Of a stretch of DNA of 64,000 bases, positions 1-17,134 are shown piece by piece; position 1 is the stretch's first letter, and each line of letters begins with the position of its first letter. Source of the DNA: Psilocybe cubensis. Lineage: Eukaryota. Made by a program: the position numbers and the translations under genes. The stretch spans positions 496,001 through 560,000 of the forward strand of contig CM039000.1 of the NCBI GenBank assembly GCA_017499595.2, read 5' to 3'. The notes beneath the pieces were generated by a model. The model was not told where the DNA came from. It made no database searches and saw only the letters and a list, made by a program, of their open reading frames with translations.

Positions 1-1524
1 GACATGCTGGGCAGAAATTGGCTAGTTCTCCCCGCCCAACCGACAGTGCACTTTTGCCGTTATGGCCTCCGAATCCTGCCCATTTTAACTTTTTCATCCA
101 TCTCCATAAGCGGGACATCCGTCGAAATTCATTATAAAGATTGACAACGGTATGCGGGGCAGTCGGATTGGTGACACGTCGCAATAGGGAGTAGAACTGG
201 TAAGCAGAAGACTTGAGTTCTAAATTTGAGAGTCGAAAATAATCTAATAATTGTGCGGAAAATAGTGTGCGGATTTGCTGGAAACTTGTCGGTAGCAATC
301 GGCATGCCATGAGATCTAAAGGAAGCTGCCCCGACCCATGGCAAACGCAAGATACCATAGCCAAATGATGAAGGCCATTAGTATGCACAACTCGCACATA
401 GGAATTGTTTAACCCATCAGCAAAGGGGGCATTTCCAGTGAAGGTAGAGTTGGGATCCCGATTCCCGACCGTTGGTGGCGAAAGATATGCTGGCATGAAT
501 CGGACATCGGAGTCGGCATCACCTACCTCTGCTTCATCATCACCATCTTCAAATCCCTCCAAATTTGATGGATCCTCCCGAAGCTGGTTGAGATACTCCT
601 CAAACTGATCATCTGTAATGCCATCTGGATTTTGGGTATGTTCTGAGTCCTCCTTAGTATCATCCATAAAAATATCATTGTCATATCTTGAAGGATATGA
701 AGGTGATTCAGATGTCGGGTGTGCGACGCGCAGTAGAGCCTGTTCTTCAAAGTCTTTCCGCTCTTCCAACTCCTCAAGAAGTTGCTTTTGAAATGTTAGA
801 GATTCGCATAGAGGAGGAAATTCTGCAGAATGGTGAGATATTAATAGATAACATCCCACCTCCCATAGCTCTGCTGATCGGAAATAGGCACCATTCCAAC
901 GCTCTATCCTATGCATTGGATTAACCTGATGCTCATGTCGTATGCACCGTCTGCATAATAGAGATGGAATAGAGCAATCTCGACACCTCCATACCGAGAT
1001 GCAATCGTTATGGCATTGTGTGCAGATGGATGGTGCATTAAGCGCCCTCGGCGCTTCTCGACTCAGCAATGCACCAAGTATATCATCCACTCGTTCCACA
1101 AATTGCAGAATGTAGTCTCTTTGAGTCTTTAACGTATAAGATAAGCCAGCAACTCCATTTAAAACTTTGAAATTACCTTTCGAGGTCTGGAGTCTACAGG
1201 TCTTCCATCGTCGCGGTGGTCATCAGTGTTGTGTATGTCATAATCACCTTCATAGCCTTCTGATGTATCCTGATTGTCTATATGCCATGGATCACCTGTA
1301 TTACGCCTCTGTGGAACTGCCAATGAGACTGGAACAAGGAAAGTCAGTGATTGTAATAATAGCTTGCATTTTTTGATACCTTTTACCAAGTCCGGAACCG
1401 TCCTTCCAGTTCTTGTTGTACGAGTACGATTTTCATATGTTACTGCGTCTGCTGCATCAGCATCATCCTCATATAATGTCCCCTTTTTGGATCTTCTTGA
1501 ACTTTTGGTTCTCTGTGACGGCAT
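1..1524 (-). CDS. CxC2-domain KDZ (Kyakuja-Dileera-Zisupton) transposase, 5' part; continues beyond the left edge
   Basis: ATG at 1524, GT-AG introns ~1379-1329 and ~1177-1127. Hand translation gives CTQC..WRCRDC..LCRRCIRHEHQVNPMHRIERWNGAYF, then VVHTNGLHHLAMVSCVC..LLPTSF..LLDYFRL..SAYQFY..YNEFRRMSRLWRW..GELANFCPAC, the CxC2/KDZ N-terminal pattern. Absent from the ORF track because it has no stop inside the window. Confidence 0.88.
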
Positions 1525-1720
1525 AGAAAAGGAATAGAAAGAGCAGAACAAAGTACAAACGTGAAGACTCTTAGGTTCCTTATCATGAAATCGATTAGAT
1601 CTTATTCCTGAATGGAGGTTGTGAAATTTGTCATACAGGCCTGAAAAATATAAATAGGGAAACCTTCTAGCTAAGCTGAATTCTTTACACCCCCATAAAA
1701 AGGTATAAGCAGCCCAGAAC

Positions 1721-4124
1721 ATGTCGGAGATAGATGAGCAAGATGTTCTAGATGTTTTTCAGACCCACGATAGGCGCAAGAGGGTGTACAATAGTCTGGA
1801 GAGAAAGGAAATAGACCCTTTCAAAGAAGAATATTTTGCGGCAACATCTAATCTTGAACGCAAACAGGTTGTATGCAAGATTCTCCCTTAACTATTTAAT
1901 ATTTGGGTTACGACAGGAAGTAGACGTCTGTCTGCAACTCAGGAATTTGCACAAAAAGAGGCAAAGGTATGTTACTATTGGTTACTTACCTGACAATATT
2001 TACCAATTCCGATTACTGCCAGCGGCTACTTGGTTGGATTCGGAATAATTGGAGAGCACCTCAACCAACCGGTGCTGAACTCAAGGGGAAAAAGCACAAG
2101 CGTACTACTGTGCTATGGCGAACCCGACCCGACGATGTCTATAAGGAAATTGCTTCAATCCTTGGACTTGAACATGCCGACAGTACTACACCTTTGGCAT
2201 TTGAAACCCGCTCCCGTGCGATGGGCAATATTATTAGCCGCATGACTCCGCAAGAAAAACGAGCTCTGGATAGGGAAGCGGAAACATTGAATACAGTTGA
2301 GTATACGGACGAGCAGAAACTAAAGTAAGTCATTAATATTTAACAGTACACTAGCTCTAAAATATTTATAGGAGGGGGAACAAATATGCTTTTAAGAGGC
2401 TTGATGAGGCTGCTACTGTTCATTGGGCAGAAATGGGTTTGATGAATATAACATTTGTTGCAAGGCTCAATGAATCGGGCCAGCTCTCTGTCCGAGTGTG
2501 AGTCATGTTTTTCCACATTCAAACACATGCACTCACCAATTTGATAGTCATGATCAAGTTGCTAGTACACTTGGTGTTGTCTCCACTCTGTTTGAGGACC
2601 AGAAGCCCGATGAAGTCACCCAAATGAAGAGGATGGTTGCTACATATGTTCGTGGGTTGTTAAATGCTAGAGACAGAACACGGAATGGGACCCGCAATGA
2701 AAACACTACTGAAATATCTATCCTTGACCAAGATCCCGACGGATTTCCGCTTTTGCCATCCAACTTTGATGCAAGTAAATACAACAAGGAACAGTTGGAA
2801 GAGTTGTATCGTATGTATATGGGGCAGAACTACTGTGAGTTGCCAGTCATTATTTTCTTCAAAAGGGATACCTTTGCCTAACAATTGAGTAGTTTTAGCC
2901 ACCAATGGCCGTTCTAAACATGCACCATTTAATGCTCTTCATGAATATCAGTCAACATTTATTTCACCAGAATATTTACCCCCAAAGGTCCGCCTTAATG
3001 CACCCCGCTCAGTCAGTTTAGATGACCTCCGACGTATCATGGACCACATTTACGCCCGACAAGAAATATTTCCACCCAGCCAGGTCTTCCGCTTCCGCAA
3101 GGTAAAAAAATTTAGGAAGGGGGATGAAACTACCCCAACAAATTACCCCGACGAAGACTTTCAATCTGATGCAGAGAAGCGCCGGGTTCCACCTAAAAAA
3201 CCAAAAAAAGCAGCTAAAAAGAAGAATACTGCCGCACCTACGAAACCCGCACCTCTTGAATCTGCACCACTCCGCATTGAAGACATGCAAGGTGCTTCTC
3301 AATTGGTGTCCTTTGATAGTTTTCAGCCAGTAGAAGCGCCCTCAAAAGCACCACCTCCACCACCTCACACAAAGATCAATATGCAGGATATTGACCCAGT
3401 TTTGTTGAATGAAAGTCAAGCAAATCAAGTTATAATTCACACACCCGCACCCGCACCCGCACCCGCACCTGCACCACCCGCACCCGCACCACCCGCACCC
3501 ACACCCACACCACCTGCACCCGCACCACCTGCACCTGCACCCACACCACCTGCACCTGCATCGGCACCTGCGCCCACGCCCGCACCTGCACCACCCGCAC
3601 CTGTACTACCCGCACCACCTGCATCCGCACCCGCACACGCACCCACACACGCACCCGCACACGCACCCGCACCCGCACCCGCACCCGCACCCGCACCCGC
3701 ACCCGCACCCGCAGATGCACACGCACACGCACACGCACACGCACATGCACTTACACCCACACCCACACCCACACCCACACCCGCACCCGCACCCACATCC
3801 ACAGCACCAACTCTAGTGATTGGTACTAATGGATTGCTTGATGTTAGTATTCTGGAGCCTGGGCGGCATACCAACAAAAACAAATCTTCCCAACCCAAAC
3901 CACGTCCGAGAAAAAAGCCAACCACTCCCGATGAGATTGCACAGGCTGAAGAGTCAAGACGTTTATTGGAAGAGGCGCGGCAGATCGAGGCATCATTGCA
4001 TATACCAGCACATGCAGATAAGCAAGCAGAAAGTTCAGGTGTGCGAAGAAAGCATAGAGAGGTAGATGAGGACCTTATTCTCTCTGGAAAGCGGGTACGC
4101 CGTCAAAGACAAAGAAGCCATTAG
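1721..4124 (+). pseudogene. KDZ-adjacent 5-exon hypothetical protein with Pro/Ala-rich tail; in-frame TAA at 1889-1891
   Basis: Exons ~1721-1966, 2023-2325, 2372-2497, 2549-2835 and 2893-4124 join in frame via GT-AG introns (..LLGWIRNNWR..FISPEYLP..DHIYARQ..FRF); one stop in exon 1 (KILP*LFNIW). Confidence 0.6.
3441..3800 (+). repeat. (GCACCC/GCACAC/ACACCC)n coding hexamer microsatellite (PA, HA, PT dipeptides)
   Basis: Visible tandem hexamers. Confidence 0.95.
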
Positions 4125-4240
4125 ATATTCTATGTATCTTAGTATCATGTTTTCACAATAAGAAAGTTTGGGCAAGCAGGAAAAATATATTGATAGAGAT
4201 ACAAAAAAAACCAGCCTGCACAATCAACCACTACACAATT

Positions 4241-7759
<3,519 letters not shown>

Positions 7760-8028
7760 TTGTAACAGCTAAGAGGGGGGAGTGTGGAGTATGTGTTAAA
7801 TGTGTTGATTGGGGGGTCAGGGATGTATGTGGAGAGAAGCAAGTTGCACAAGTTGCACGGTACCTCTGAATTGACCCGATACGCTGTAAGTCGAAAGGTC
7901 ATGTGATTGTTCCCAGACGTGCACCTATGATTGCCTCCGCAAATGCTTGGCGTGCAAGGGTATATCATGGCATCTCTTGTGATTTTTCGAGGCATCCTAT
8001 CTTTTCCTCCCAAAGCCACTGTCGCGTC

Positions 8029-8673
8029 ATGTCCGATTTCAATCCCAAGCCTCAGACTGTTGAATCCAATGTTCCCAGTGGTTATACTGTTATTGAGGGG
8101 CCCGGGGGGAAGAAGTACCTTGTCCCCCTTTTTGTGGTGCCCTCTCTGGAATATTCAATGTCCGCTTATCACAAAAAAGCGGAAATGAAGACTGAAATCG
8201 CCAATGCTGACGGTCTGGTAAGTAATCAGTTTTAATTGATTTTTATATTGAAAGTATTTACCATCCTAAGGATCCCTATCTTGAACGCTTACAGACCTAC
8301 AACACTATTGCGGGAACGCTGCACGCACCACCCGACCCGGTATGTCATTAAAATCCAAACCGCGCCACTCACACACACTAATGATCACTTCTGGCAGCCG
8401 CTTACCGACAAGGAGCTTCTCCGACAACATGCTGAGGTCCAAGCACTTGTAGAAAAACTTGGCATCTCATATCGCGACGCTGCTCACCGCCTTTATATGG
8501 CCGAAATGGAGAAGTTGAAGGTCGCCGACATGCAAAGAAAATCATTCCAAATCTTTGAGAAGCGGGCAACTAACACCCTCAAGGGGATTGCAGGGCGCCA
8601 TAATTACAAGAGCAATTATTTTATGATGTACAAGAAAATGAAATCCGAAATATCAAAGCAGAAGGAGCAGTAG
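8029..8673 (+). CDS. 3-exon small helical hypothetical protein (probable KDZ cargo)
   Basis: ATG 8029; phase-0 introns 8218-8270 and 8340-8397; ..YLERLQTYNTIAGTLHAPPDP|PLTDKELL..LGISYRDAAHRLYMAEMEKLK. Confidence 0.7.
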
Positions 8674-9900
8674 ATACATAGCTAGTGATACATAGTTAGT
8701 TTCTTTAAAACAAATTATCACTGTTCCTTGCCTCAGACATGAGTGTAATGTGAAGTACAATACTCCCTAGTAGGTCAAGTTTGAAATTGTACTTGACTCG
8801 TTGACATGAACCCTTGACTTCCAGCACCAAGCGGTATGCACATATTCAACTGTGCCAAACCCGATCATCAATTGTCGGTATTACTACTTAGAAATTTCCG
8901 CAGAGTACACTAAGACCCGACCTCACTGTATATTCCGACAATCCTACTAGATGTCAGCTAGAAGTCCTATTAATTACTGCTGTTCAATGAATCCACGCTA
9001 TATGCTACATTGTAAATTCCCTGTTTTGGATAGTGTATATTCGCTGCTTTAATGAATTCTTTGAATCCGTATAATGCATCACAATGTATAGGTTCATTGT
9101 ATCGTATGTTACTGTACAATGTTACAGTGCTATGTGTACGTATTTAGTCCGTTTCGCGATTCGGATAGTATATAGTCTGTATTTTACGAGGTTGATTCCT
9201 CACGGAATCAACCCAGTGCCAGATTCCTAATTCCGCACTCCATTTCGGGCACCTTCTCCTTTTGTATATTTGAGTTTCTGACAACGAGCACGAAAACCGT
9301 CTCCTTCAGCAAGATACTTTGGTCGTATTTAAAGTCGTATTTATGCCTCAGTGCACAATCAATATGATCATACACCGCTGGCGCTCATACATATTTGCCA
9401 GAAAAATATCTATCGGTAATTATGTTTCCTGTTCATTTTTGACATATTTGCTTGGAATATAGACTCCGGGGTTGCCTGTTAATTTCTTACGCCGTTGTAT
9501 GCATAAGTGCAAAACAAAAGCGCTCGTAGGTAGTGACAATGGCCTGAACATACCATTAAAATCCAGTTTGCGTATTGGAGCTTTGGGCCATTATCGTGTT
9601 TCCTTTAATCGAAAAACGGCAACGTATGAGTGGGTGAGCAGCAGCAAGCTTTGGTCCAACACCCACTGAAATACGATAAATATGCTCCTGTTGGAAAGTA
9701 GGTTACCCTGTACAAAGTAGCAGCTAGGGTGACTAAAGGAAAGGCCTTTATTGGCTGAAAATGAGGATGATCCAAGTTGTCTACCAGCTTCCCATAAAAC
9801 ATCCAGTGTCAATTAGAGACGGGTCCTCCTATCATTTCCGCGTTTCTTGTTAAAGTCCTTGCGTTGAGGTCCGAAAACTCTTACCCTCAAAAATATTCCA

Positions 9901-10966
9901 TTGTTCAATTCAAACAGAAGTCTGCTCCTAATATCAGTGAGATTAGAGGAATCCAACTTTCCTAAGGAAGTAATTATTCTGTTAGTAATGGTGTACTTGG
10001 ATGTCAAATTATATAACATACATGTTCAAAATAGGGTGTTGGGACCTACGGGTGTGGGGGAAAGCACGGTGAGCAAGCTTAAAAATCAGACGACTTCTGT
10101 ATTCTGAAAGAGTGTTAGTTTATCAATTTACTTCTGGGCGAGCCTAGAATGCTCACAAGTCACAAGTTGACTTCCTGTACCAAGCAAATAGAAACCGCAA
10201 AAGCACTCCACGGCGGTCATTGCTTGGTGTTGGTTGATACCCCTGGCTTTGACGACACTCACGAATCTGACGTCGTCATTCTGAAGAGAATCGCCGACTG
10301 GCTGAAAAATGCGTGAGTTATGGAATATACTTTTTCATCAAAAAGGACTTACGATGTAAAATTCAAAGCTACAATTCTAAAGCGTGCATAGGGGGTATCA
10401 TTTACCTTCATGACATATCCAATAACCGGTTTTCGGGATCCGCACGTCAAAACCTCCAAGTTTTCAATAGCATGTGCGGAGAAGCAGCTTTCAGAAAGGT
10501 AGTCTTCGGCACGACTCATTGGGACGACATCGATAAATCTATTGCAAAGATCCACTTGAAGGGGAGGTCCATGCTATCCAGTGGAGCGAGCGTTTGCAAT
10601 CTGGAACTCACTCCTGCTTCTGCGTTTGGGGTGATAGAGACCATAATACAGAAGCAGGCAGCATTCAGTGCTGAACATGGATTTGGGCAGAGTTTTACAT
10701 GCCCGGATGCCGGTATGACCATTCAGAAGGAGATGGCTGTCCAGAAGAAATCGGTGCAGGAGACAAAGGCTGCAAAATCATTACGAACGACATTGAAGGA
10801 GATAGTTTTGCTGCAAAAGCAGATGCTGGCCATTGAGGAAATGGAAGCTTTGGGTGAGGTGGACGGATACGACGCAAAAAGGCGGCATTTGGAACGACTA
10901 GCAGATCAGGTTCAGGCCTTGAGGGTATCCCTGCCCAAACGATTGCGCAGTTTATTGCCGTTTTAA
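9901..10966 (+). pseudogene. MMR_HSR1/AIG1-like P-loop GTPase, apparently degenerate
   Basis: Spliced motifs VIIL|VLGPTGVGEST|FIN, LVDTPGFDDT, GIIYLHDIS, GTTHWD; Walker A Lys replaced by Glu; no in-frame ATG found in the first exon. Confidence 0.65.
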
Positions 10967-13900
10967 AGTTCCCGTAGGTATTGTAGTGCGATGCTTGCCC
11001 TTCGACAGTTCGGTACTGTGTTTTATGTTCGTATATTCCCTTGCTGTCCTCTAATAAGTGCAGGCAACCAACTTGAAATTATATATGCCTATATATGCGC
11101 TTGATAAAACCGGGAAAAAAGCGAGACAAGGAAAGTACGGTGGTTCCGAGATTCTGAACGATGGGTGGACACTGGAGTCAACATCATCTCCTGGACTTGG
11201 ATTAGATACATATTTTCGTCTTGGAGCTGAATATATGCGCCAAAAATCGAACCAATGTACCAAATACCGGAGATGCTGACAATGAGGTCCGATTCATGAC
11301 GATTGATGGGCACCAAGTGTTCAAATTCCAAAATAGAGATTTTGGGTCCAATGTGCAAAAAAGAGGGACTTGAAGGTTGTATTTAAGAATCTCCTGTATC
11401 GTGGACGAGAGGCCCCTAGAGACTTTACGTCTAGGTTGGGAGAAAAGTGCTTGAGGATGGCGAATGTCATGTGGAAGGCAGCATGACCAAATTGAATCAC
11501 CGACAATGGAGGTTCTCCTCCAACATTGAACTTGCTCCAAAATCTTATCTCCAATAACTGCGACGCCATCTTGTAGCTCTAATTTAACCACGACTCATCC
11601 GACGGTTCAAAACGCCCACCATGCAATTGGGGAACTCTAAGCAGGAATGCACAAAAAGAAAGCAAGTCAACTTCGGCAATGCTCACAGACGTCGAACGAA
11701 AACCATACCAATGGTTCTCCTCTCTTTATGACAATCGTTTTCATTCCATTCAAATTCGTATCTCGATGGTGGCAAATCACTGAGGAGAAGGGAGATGGAC
11801 GAAATGAGTAGGGAAGCAGGGAAAGATGGAAAACAAGCGTACAAGGTGCAAGCAAGTTCAGTTTCGTATTCTTTGTTGGTCGTACCGTGCGTGCCCCTTT
11901 GGTTCCAACGTTGACTCAAAAAGCTGGCGGTTCTTGACGTTATGTCGCAGATACAAGCAATTACTACACTCTACAGGGTGTCATCGTTGCTTTGCCGTTG
12001 TTTTTCTTCACTCCAAGACCCACAGCGTATATGCACTCATCACCGACCGATGGCCTTGCAAAAAAGGTTGCTGATACATCCAAGGTCTTGTGGCCTTCTC
12101 GTTGACAGAACATCTTGAAGGACTTGAAGATAGGATGGATCACACAAGACACCAAGGATATATAAAAGTATGTTGGGCATCGGCATTACATTTTATCCGT
12201 CTGAACACTGTATAGGACATGAACATTCGACATCTGGTCGTAGGTCGTCGGAAAGACGCATCCAATTTCAGGTTTCGGGTGCCCCTTTTCAGAATCATCT
12301 TGCCATCCAATATCGCGGTTTACGCCATGCCATCCTCGACTGACGGATCTCTGGTTTTAATCGAATGGGCTGTTAATTGTCTGATTCTTGGTTATGGCAG
12401 AGCATCCTCTGATTTCTTGCTTTTCTTGCTTGACTGGGGGACCGAGAAGTTTCGGAGACCAGGATACCAGGGGTCCATTGTTGTCAGCTCAGCCAGAAAA
12501 TATGGTTGATATCCTCTGATGTCTTCCTGACCATAAAAAAGCTCTCTTCTACGTGTTTCCCCCCCTTATTTCTGCAGACAACGCGTTTCTGGTTTCGAGG
12601 GTCTTCCATCCGCCGTGACTGTTACCGTGACAAAGTCACAAATAAAGCAAAAGTTTTGGCTGAAAATCCATGGGCTCTTGGCTGACATGCTTCGTATCCT
12701 CGGAGGACGCGTAATTTTATGTTCTTGCCGATACTGATAGGTGCTTTGGGCTGTTGACCATGTATAGAGGCCTCGAGTCGCGAAAATGTACTCCAACATA
12801 CGTGACTGTGACATATGTCACATAGCGTGAAGGTACTCCCGACTCCGGATGCCAGACAGTCGTGGGTGCAGACAAAGGGCAGAGGGCAGGCAATAAACAG
12901 ATATAACATTCTGCAGCGTGGGTGAGCCTTCTCCGCTATGGGAATATTTATGTGGCGAGAAATTATGATGGAAGTACGTTGCCGTTTTGTTCCATGGTCA
13001 AAGGGGTTGCACAGCGTCGATGCCAGCAACCACTTTGAACTGTGGAGGGAACGGCCTTTCCTCTGCATACAATATACCCAGTATGACCCCATCTTGGTCT
13101 GGTGGTAGGGGTGTATCAGCCTCTGTAGTCGGATTCGAGTGTTCTATGGGCGCCGGATGTCCTTGGAGCGCCAAAGGAAGGAGATGGTTCGTTGGCCTTC
13201 ATTCGTCTGCGCAGCAGAATATAACATGGAGTGGAAATCGGAAGAGAGTTGGTGGTGCACAGTCCTTTTATGACGGAGGTCGAGAGGAATCGACGATGAA
13301 GTTACTGTTGTGCCATGAAATGGTGAAAGGCGGTAACGAGTGTCCTTGTCATTCGTCTACGCAGGAGAATGAAATATGAGGTGGAAACCGAAAGAGAGTA
13401 TGTGATGCACCAGCTACTTTTGATGAAGGGGACTGAGTTCTAACAGTGGTTTTAGGAATTGACGACCAGGTCGACTGTGGTACAATGGCGTGGGCAACGG
13501 TAGCAACAAGTGTCCTGCCAAATGGTTGTATCATCTGCCAATAATAAAACTGGTGCTACACGCACCACTAATACATTCTGCGCTTTCCTGCCACTCCCCA
13601 ATTCTCCGCCAACCATGAGGCCATGCTGCACAACTGTGGGCGTCTTCTCCATCTCCCAACCTGGGATCCAAATTCCAGCATGTCGATATTTGGAAATTCT
13701 CCGTCCGTGGTTGCCCAATTCTGGATATTATTCCCGAGAATCGAGCGCAGTTCGAATTTGCCGACCTGAAAAGGGACTTCATCCAGTCGTCCCTTTTTTC
13801 GCGTTTTGCTCTTTTCTTTTTTCGTTTCCGCCCCCCAACGTTCCAAGGCCTTCTTACGCCTCCCATTCACCCCAATTCATACGCTAGCCCTCGGCCATCA

Positions 13901-14046
13901 CCCCCCACAATTCATTTCATCATTTTCTCCCTTATATCAACCTCGCTCTTTTTATACACCCTCCTCGCGTTTGCCGTTGTCTTTTTCCTTCTCTTTGTAC
14001 GGATCTTGCTCCCTGACAGAATACAGCGACGGCTTCAAGCTCGAAC

Positions 14047-14722
14047 ATGTCCCCCACCGGGCCTGTTTTTCCTTCGATAGAGCAAGTTAGTCGTGAACAT
14101 GCTGAACATGGAGGCCAAGTATTGGTAATCTCGTCGAACCTTTCGTTTCCGTCGCGCTACTACACCCAAGTTCCGTGGTCGGGTCCGTCTACGCCGTTGG
14201 TGGTTGCAGTGAGTAATATTTTATTTTCGCCTGATTTCTTCTTGTCGCGTGTTTCTTCTCTCGTTCTTTTCGTTCTTCGTTGCTGACTGTTTCTTTCGTT
14301 TCAGAAAAGGGAGAACGTGCGTCGTTTCAGGAAGATTAATTTTGCACGCACCACGCACAGTTCTGTGAGTTAGCCGCAGCCAGTCCAGCCCTTGTCTTTC
14401 TAATCCCAATTCCATCCACTTTTTTCTGCAGAGACGTGTCGCTTTCAGCTCTTCACACGATGGCTTCCACGTTGCTTTTGAGGCGGATTTTTGGAGGCGG
14501 GTGAAGGATCTTTTCACGGTACGTTTGATTGACGCGGTTTTTTTTTGTTGGCTTGTCTTGATTTATTCACTTGTCGCCGTCTAGCATACCAAATTAAAGC
14601 TTCGCGAAAGCGTTGTTAGAATGAGGGAACGAATTGCCCGAAACGCCCACCTCCCTCGTTCTGCCGGTACCAACGCCACGGCATCACCCTTGTCATCAGC
14701 TTCGTATCTCCCAACATTCTAA
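14047..14722 (+). CDS. 4-exon orphan protein, 148 aa
   Basis: Exons 14047-14208, 14305-14364, 14432-14518 and 14585-14722; donors GTGAGT/GTGAGT/GTACGT, branch sites CTGAC/CTAAT in the first two introns, YAG acceptors, all phase 0, open to TAA. Confidence 0.6.
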
Positions 14723-17134
14723 ATGCGTGTCGGTCTCAACATCACCCCTAACGCCCACTTCTCTATCCTATTCCTTCCCCGCATAAAAAACATAAACACG
14801 GTCACGCACATTCTTAATTATTCTACGCCCCATTTTGTTCTTGGTTTCTTGACATTTGCTTTCTTGCTTTTTTCTTGTTTTCGAACTGTCCTTGTTGCTT
14901 GTACCATACCATTTTTCTCCCTTCACATCTCGCCTATACAATCATCTCGTCGACAAATCCCCACAGTACAAAGTATAATAGCCCCTATAAAATCGTGAAG
15001 GCGTCCCCAAAAATGTACCATACTTACTTCACACATTGAAAATATTGTTGAATTTTTGTATAGTTGAAGGAGCTTTTGAAGATGTTGTTGCCTTAAAAAC
15101 ATTGTTGTGATGTACATCTTGAAATTTTGCATGGCTTGAAGATTTGAAGTAAAACTGTGGGGACTCGGCGGTTAATGATTGTTTCCCAGTCACACTTGCT
15201 CTGACAATTCAATGTATACGATCCGCTCACTCAAACGCCCGTCTTGTTGACAAAAAAATGATTGAATAACTGGTTGTTGAGAGATTGATTTATCGACTTG
15301 GTGCACACAAAATTGTTTGAGGTCTTCTATGAAATGTTGATAATTTGAGAGAACTTGAGAGCACCGTCGTCGTGTTGATCACTCGCTGACTCGAAACTGA
15401 ATTGGTGCACACGAAACTGAAAACATTTTTTTGAGATAATTTGATGTCTTGAGGGAGATGATTGGGTTGTTCTTCTCTATGACAGGTGGCATCGGAATTT
15501 GAGCTTGATTGAAGTTGGAATTATCGTTGAGGCCGTCAATGTCAGTGCACAAAAGAAACAACAAAAAAAAAATCATATTGGTAAACTAATGAAGGTTATA
15601 CTCGTGAATGCACGGAGAAAAAAAGGTAGACAGGGAAAATGAGGTTGTTGGAGAGGTGTATGGACTGCCAGCTCTGTCCTCCTAAGGCGAAAAGCAGAGA
15701 GAGGAGCGTGACCGAATGGCCGAGCGTTGAGACATCCACGACGTTCGTTTCAGCACTACTTTGGCACAAATCCAGCCGTGTATTGTTGAGGGCGTTGGTT
15801 TGCAATTTGACTCGAGTGCGGTGAAAGCGGAACGGCGTGGGAGATCACTACGTTTTATACCCTTTACTTGGCCCGTGCGTTAAGCTTTAAGCTTCCAGTT
15901 TTAGGTTTGTAGTGGCAGACCCACCGTTGAGGCTCAGTGAAAATTTGCAAAGACACAACCCTCTAGAAATCTACAATAAAATTTTAATGCTGTTAATGCT
16001 GTTTATCATACTTTTACTGATTTTACAAACCATTCCAATTTACAGAATCCAACGTCTTACACCTGCCCTGCACGTTCTTTGAAATTTAATCGGAGCTTGA
16101 ACTTAAAAGCGTGCTACTTATAGACAAGCTGTAGCGTCGCTCTGAAACTTTTGGAACTACGTTCTACACGACACAGGTTTCTTCAGTGGCTTAGAGCACA
16201 TTTCTAAACATCCCTTTCTGTTATCTAAGGTTGTTGAACCTCTAGACGCTGGAAATTGTGAGTAAAAAGTCCGCTTCTTCTTTAACATGATGTTTCTATT
16301 TTAATTAGACTCTCACGGCTGGTTAAAACCTCGTTGGAATTAACCTTTCGAACGATGACAATTTATATGTTTTCACTGATTCTTGTTCATTTTCTAAATC
16401 CACGTAAAAACATTATACTGACTTCTCTGTCTCATTTTCAGGGAATTTGGAAGTCTTGGCTGTTATTTGAAGAAGTATCTACTCCGCGTCGCAGGCGTAC
16501 TCTATTCTTGTTAATGTATTCCCCACAAATTCCCCATTTGTGCATTTACACAGCTGTCAATGGAACATTTTATCCGAGTCATCCAACCTTTGAACTTTGA
16601 AGTGAACACTGTACCTATCACTACAATGCGATTCCCTGGAGTCTTTGCATTTTTGGGCTGAAATGCCCGGAAAATCAGCGGGCAGCAAATATCTTTCGCA
16701 CTCGAATCCAACTCCACAACAACGTTCCGTTGGTCTATTATATTGGAGTCTCCTGAAGTTCTTTAAAGGCATCGGGATCGACTAGTCTGGAACCTTTGTT
16801 CTACATTTTGGCCCAGAGAGATCGCGGTACACCAGGTGGAAACTATTGAGCATCCGCGCACTCTCTGAGTTCCGGGACACTGTAATTTTTTGCCACGTTT
16901 TCGATGCTGGTTGTAGCACTGAGCAAGCTAGGCTTTCCACCCGATATTCAGCCCTGACCGGGACACTATCGATCGTTCCGAGCGAATTTACGAGCCAGAC
17001 TCAAACATGATTTCCTACTCGCCCTGCGGATGTATATAAACATGCAAACAAGCAGCTGTATTCTTCATCAGGTTCATCTGCTCTTCTTTAGATATCCAGA
17101 TACCCCTTCGAGTCCTATCACAACCGCCTTCAGT

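Noticed and set aside
3430-3925. Minus-strand VRVRVR and GAGAGA ORFs
   Set aside because: Shadow frames of the hexamer repeat in the plus-strand gene.
8700-9500. Terminal inverted repeat or TSD of the KDZ element
   Set aside because: AT-rich with short similar words, but the other end is outside the window so no terminus can be supported.
15000-15850. Possible minus-strand gene with small internal duplications
   Set aside because: No consistent spliced open frame or recognisable motif.
17030-17134. Longer N-terminus for the Rds1-like ORF
   Set aside because: This ATG overlaps the TATA-like TATATAAA; the signal peptide starts at 17135.
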